This document shows, piece after piece, positions 63,853-64,000 of a stretch of 64,000 bases of DNA; the stretch's first letter is position 1; each line of letters begins with the position of its first letter. Location: the sequence record LC727699.1; one strand, given 5' to 3'. Made by a program: the position numbers and the translations under genes. Under the pieces are notes generated by a model. That model was not told the origin of the DNA. It saw nothing but the letters and a program-made list of their open reading frames with translations, and made no database searches.

Positions 63853-64000
63853 TTATTCTTCAATACCAATGACCGTATTGCGTTCATTGGTGTTCTCTAC
63901 GGTTGAACCACTTGGGAAGCTACTGACAGATGCTTGCATTAGTTTCAACATGTCGATAGCAAATACTCGATATGTAGATTCAACCTTAGCGTCGTCGTAC
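63853..64000 (-). CDS. Hypothetical protein, partial C-terminus
   Basis: ...YDDAKVESTYRVFAIDMLKLMQASVSSFPSGSTVENTNERNTVIGIEE*. Confidence 0.65.
   Translation of the reverse strand, partial: YDDAKVESTYRVFAIDMLKLMQASVSSFPSGSTVENTNERNTVIGIEE

Overview
This window reads as a segment of an AT-rich phiKZ-like jumbo phage genome (Pseudomonas Phikzvirus type). The assignment rests on repeated TATATTAC early-promoter cores, TATG late-type starts, abundant UUCG terminators, the tRNA set (Thr, Asn, Asp, CAU, Pro, Leu) and the helicase-dcd-thyA context; it is an inference, not a database match. Layout: 1-2411 (-) holds an SF2 helicase plus a partial gene. About 2.7-55.9 kb is one co-directional (+) accessory region of roughly 105 mostly unknown ORFs. 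About 55.9-64 kb (-) holds small genes and 7 tRNAs. Recognisable products are dCTP deaminase, a large thymidylate synthase, an SspB-like ClpXP adaptor, an HslV/Ntn-like protease, three AAA+ ATPase paralogues (one decayed), an HD (p)ppGpp-hydrolase-like protein, a YcgL/RlaP nucleotidyltransferase, a SLOG/DprA-like protein, a Zn deaminase, two ART-fold candidates and a kelch-repeat protein. The strongest unexplained signals are: (i) several ORF-less, structured promoter-to-terminator units, one with two C-rich anti-Shine-Dalgarno-like loops and one a pseudoknotted leader ahead of the protease gene; (ii) a possible phage proteolysis-redirection toolkit; (iii) an early array of exported two-cysteine proteins; (iv) a 2-kb cassette flanked by identical tRNA-Asn copies. 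All functional calls come from motif recognition by eye; no searches or folding calculations were run.
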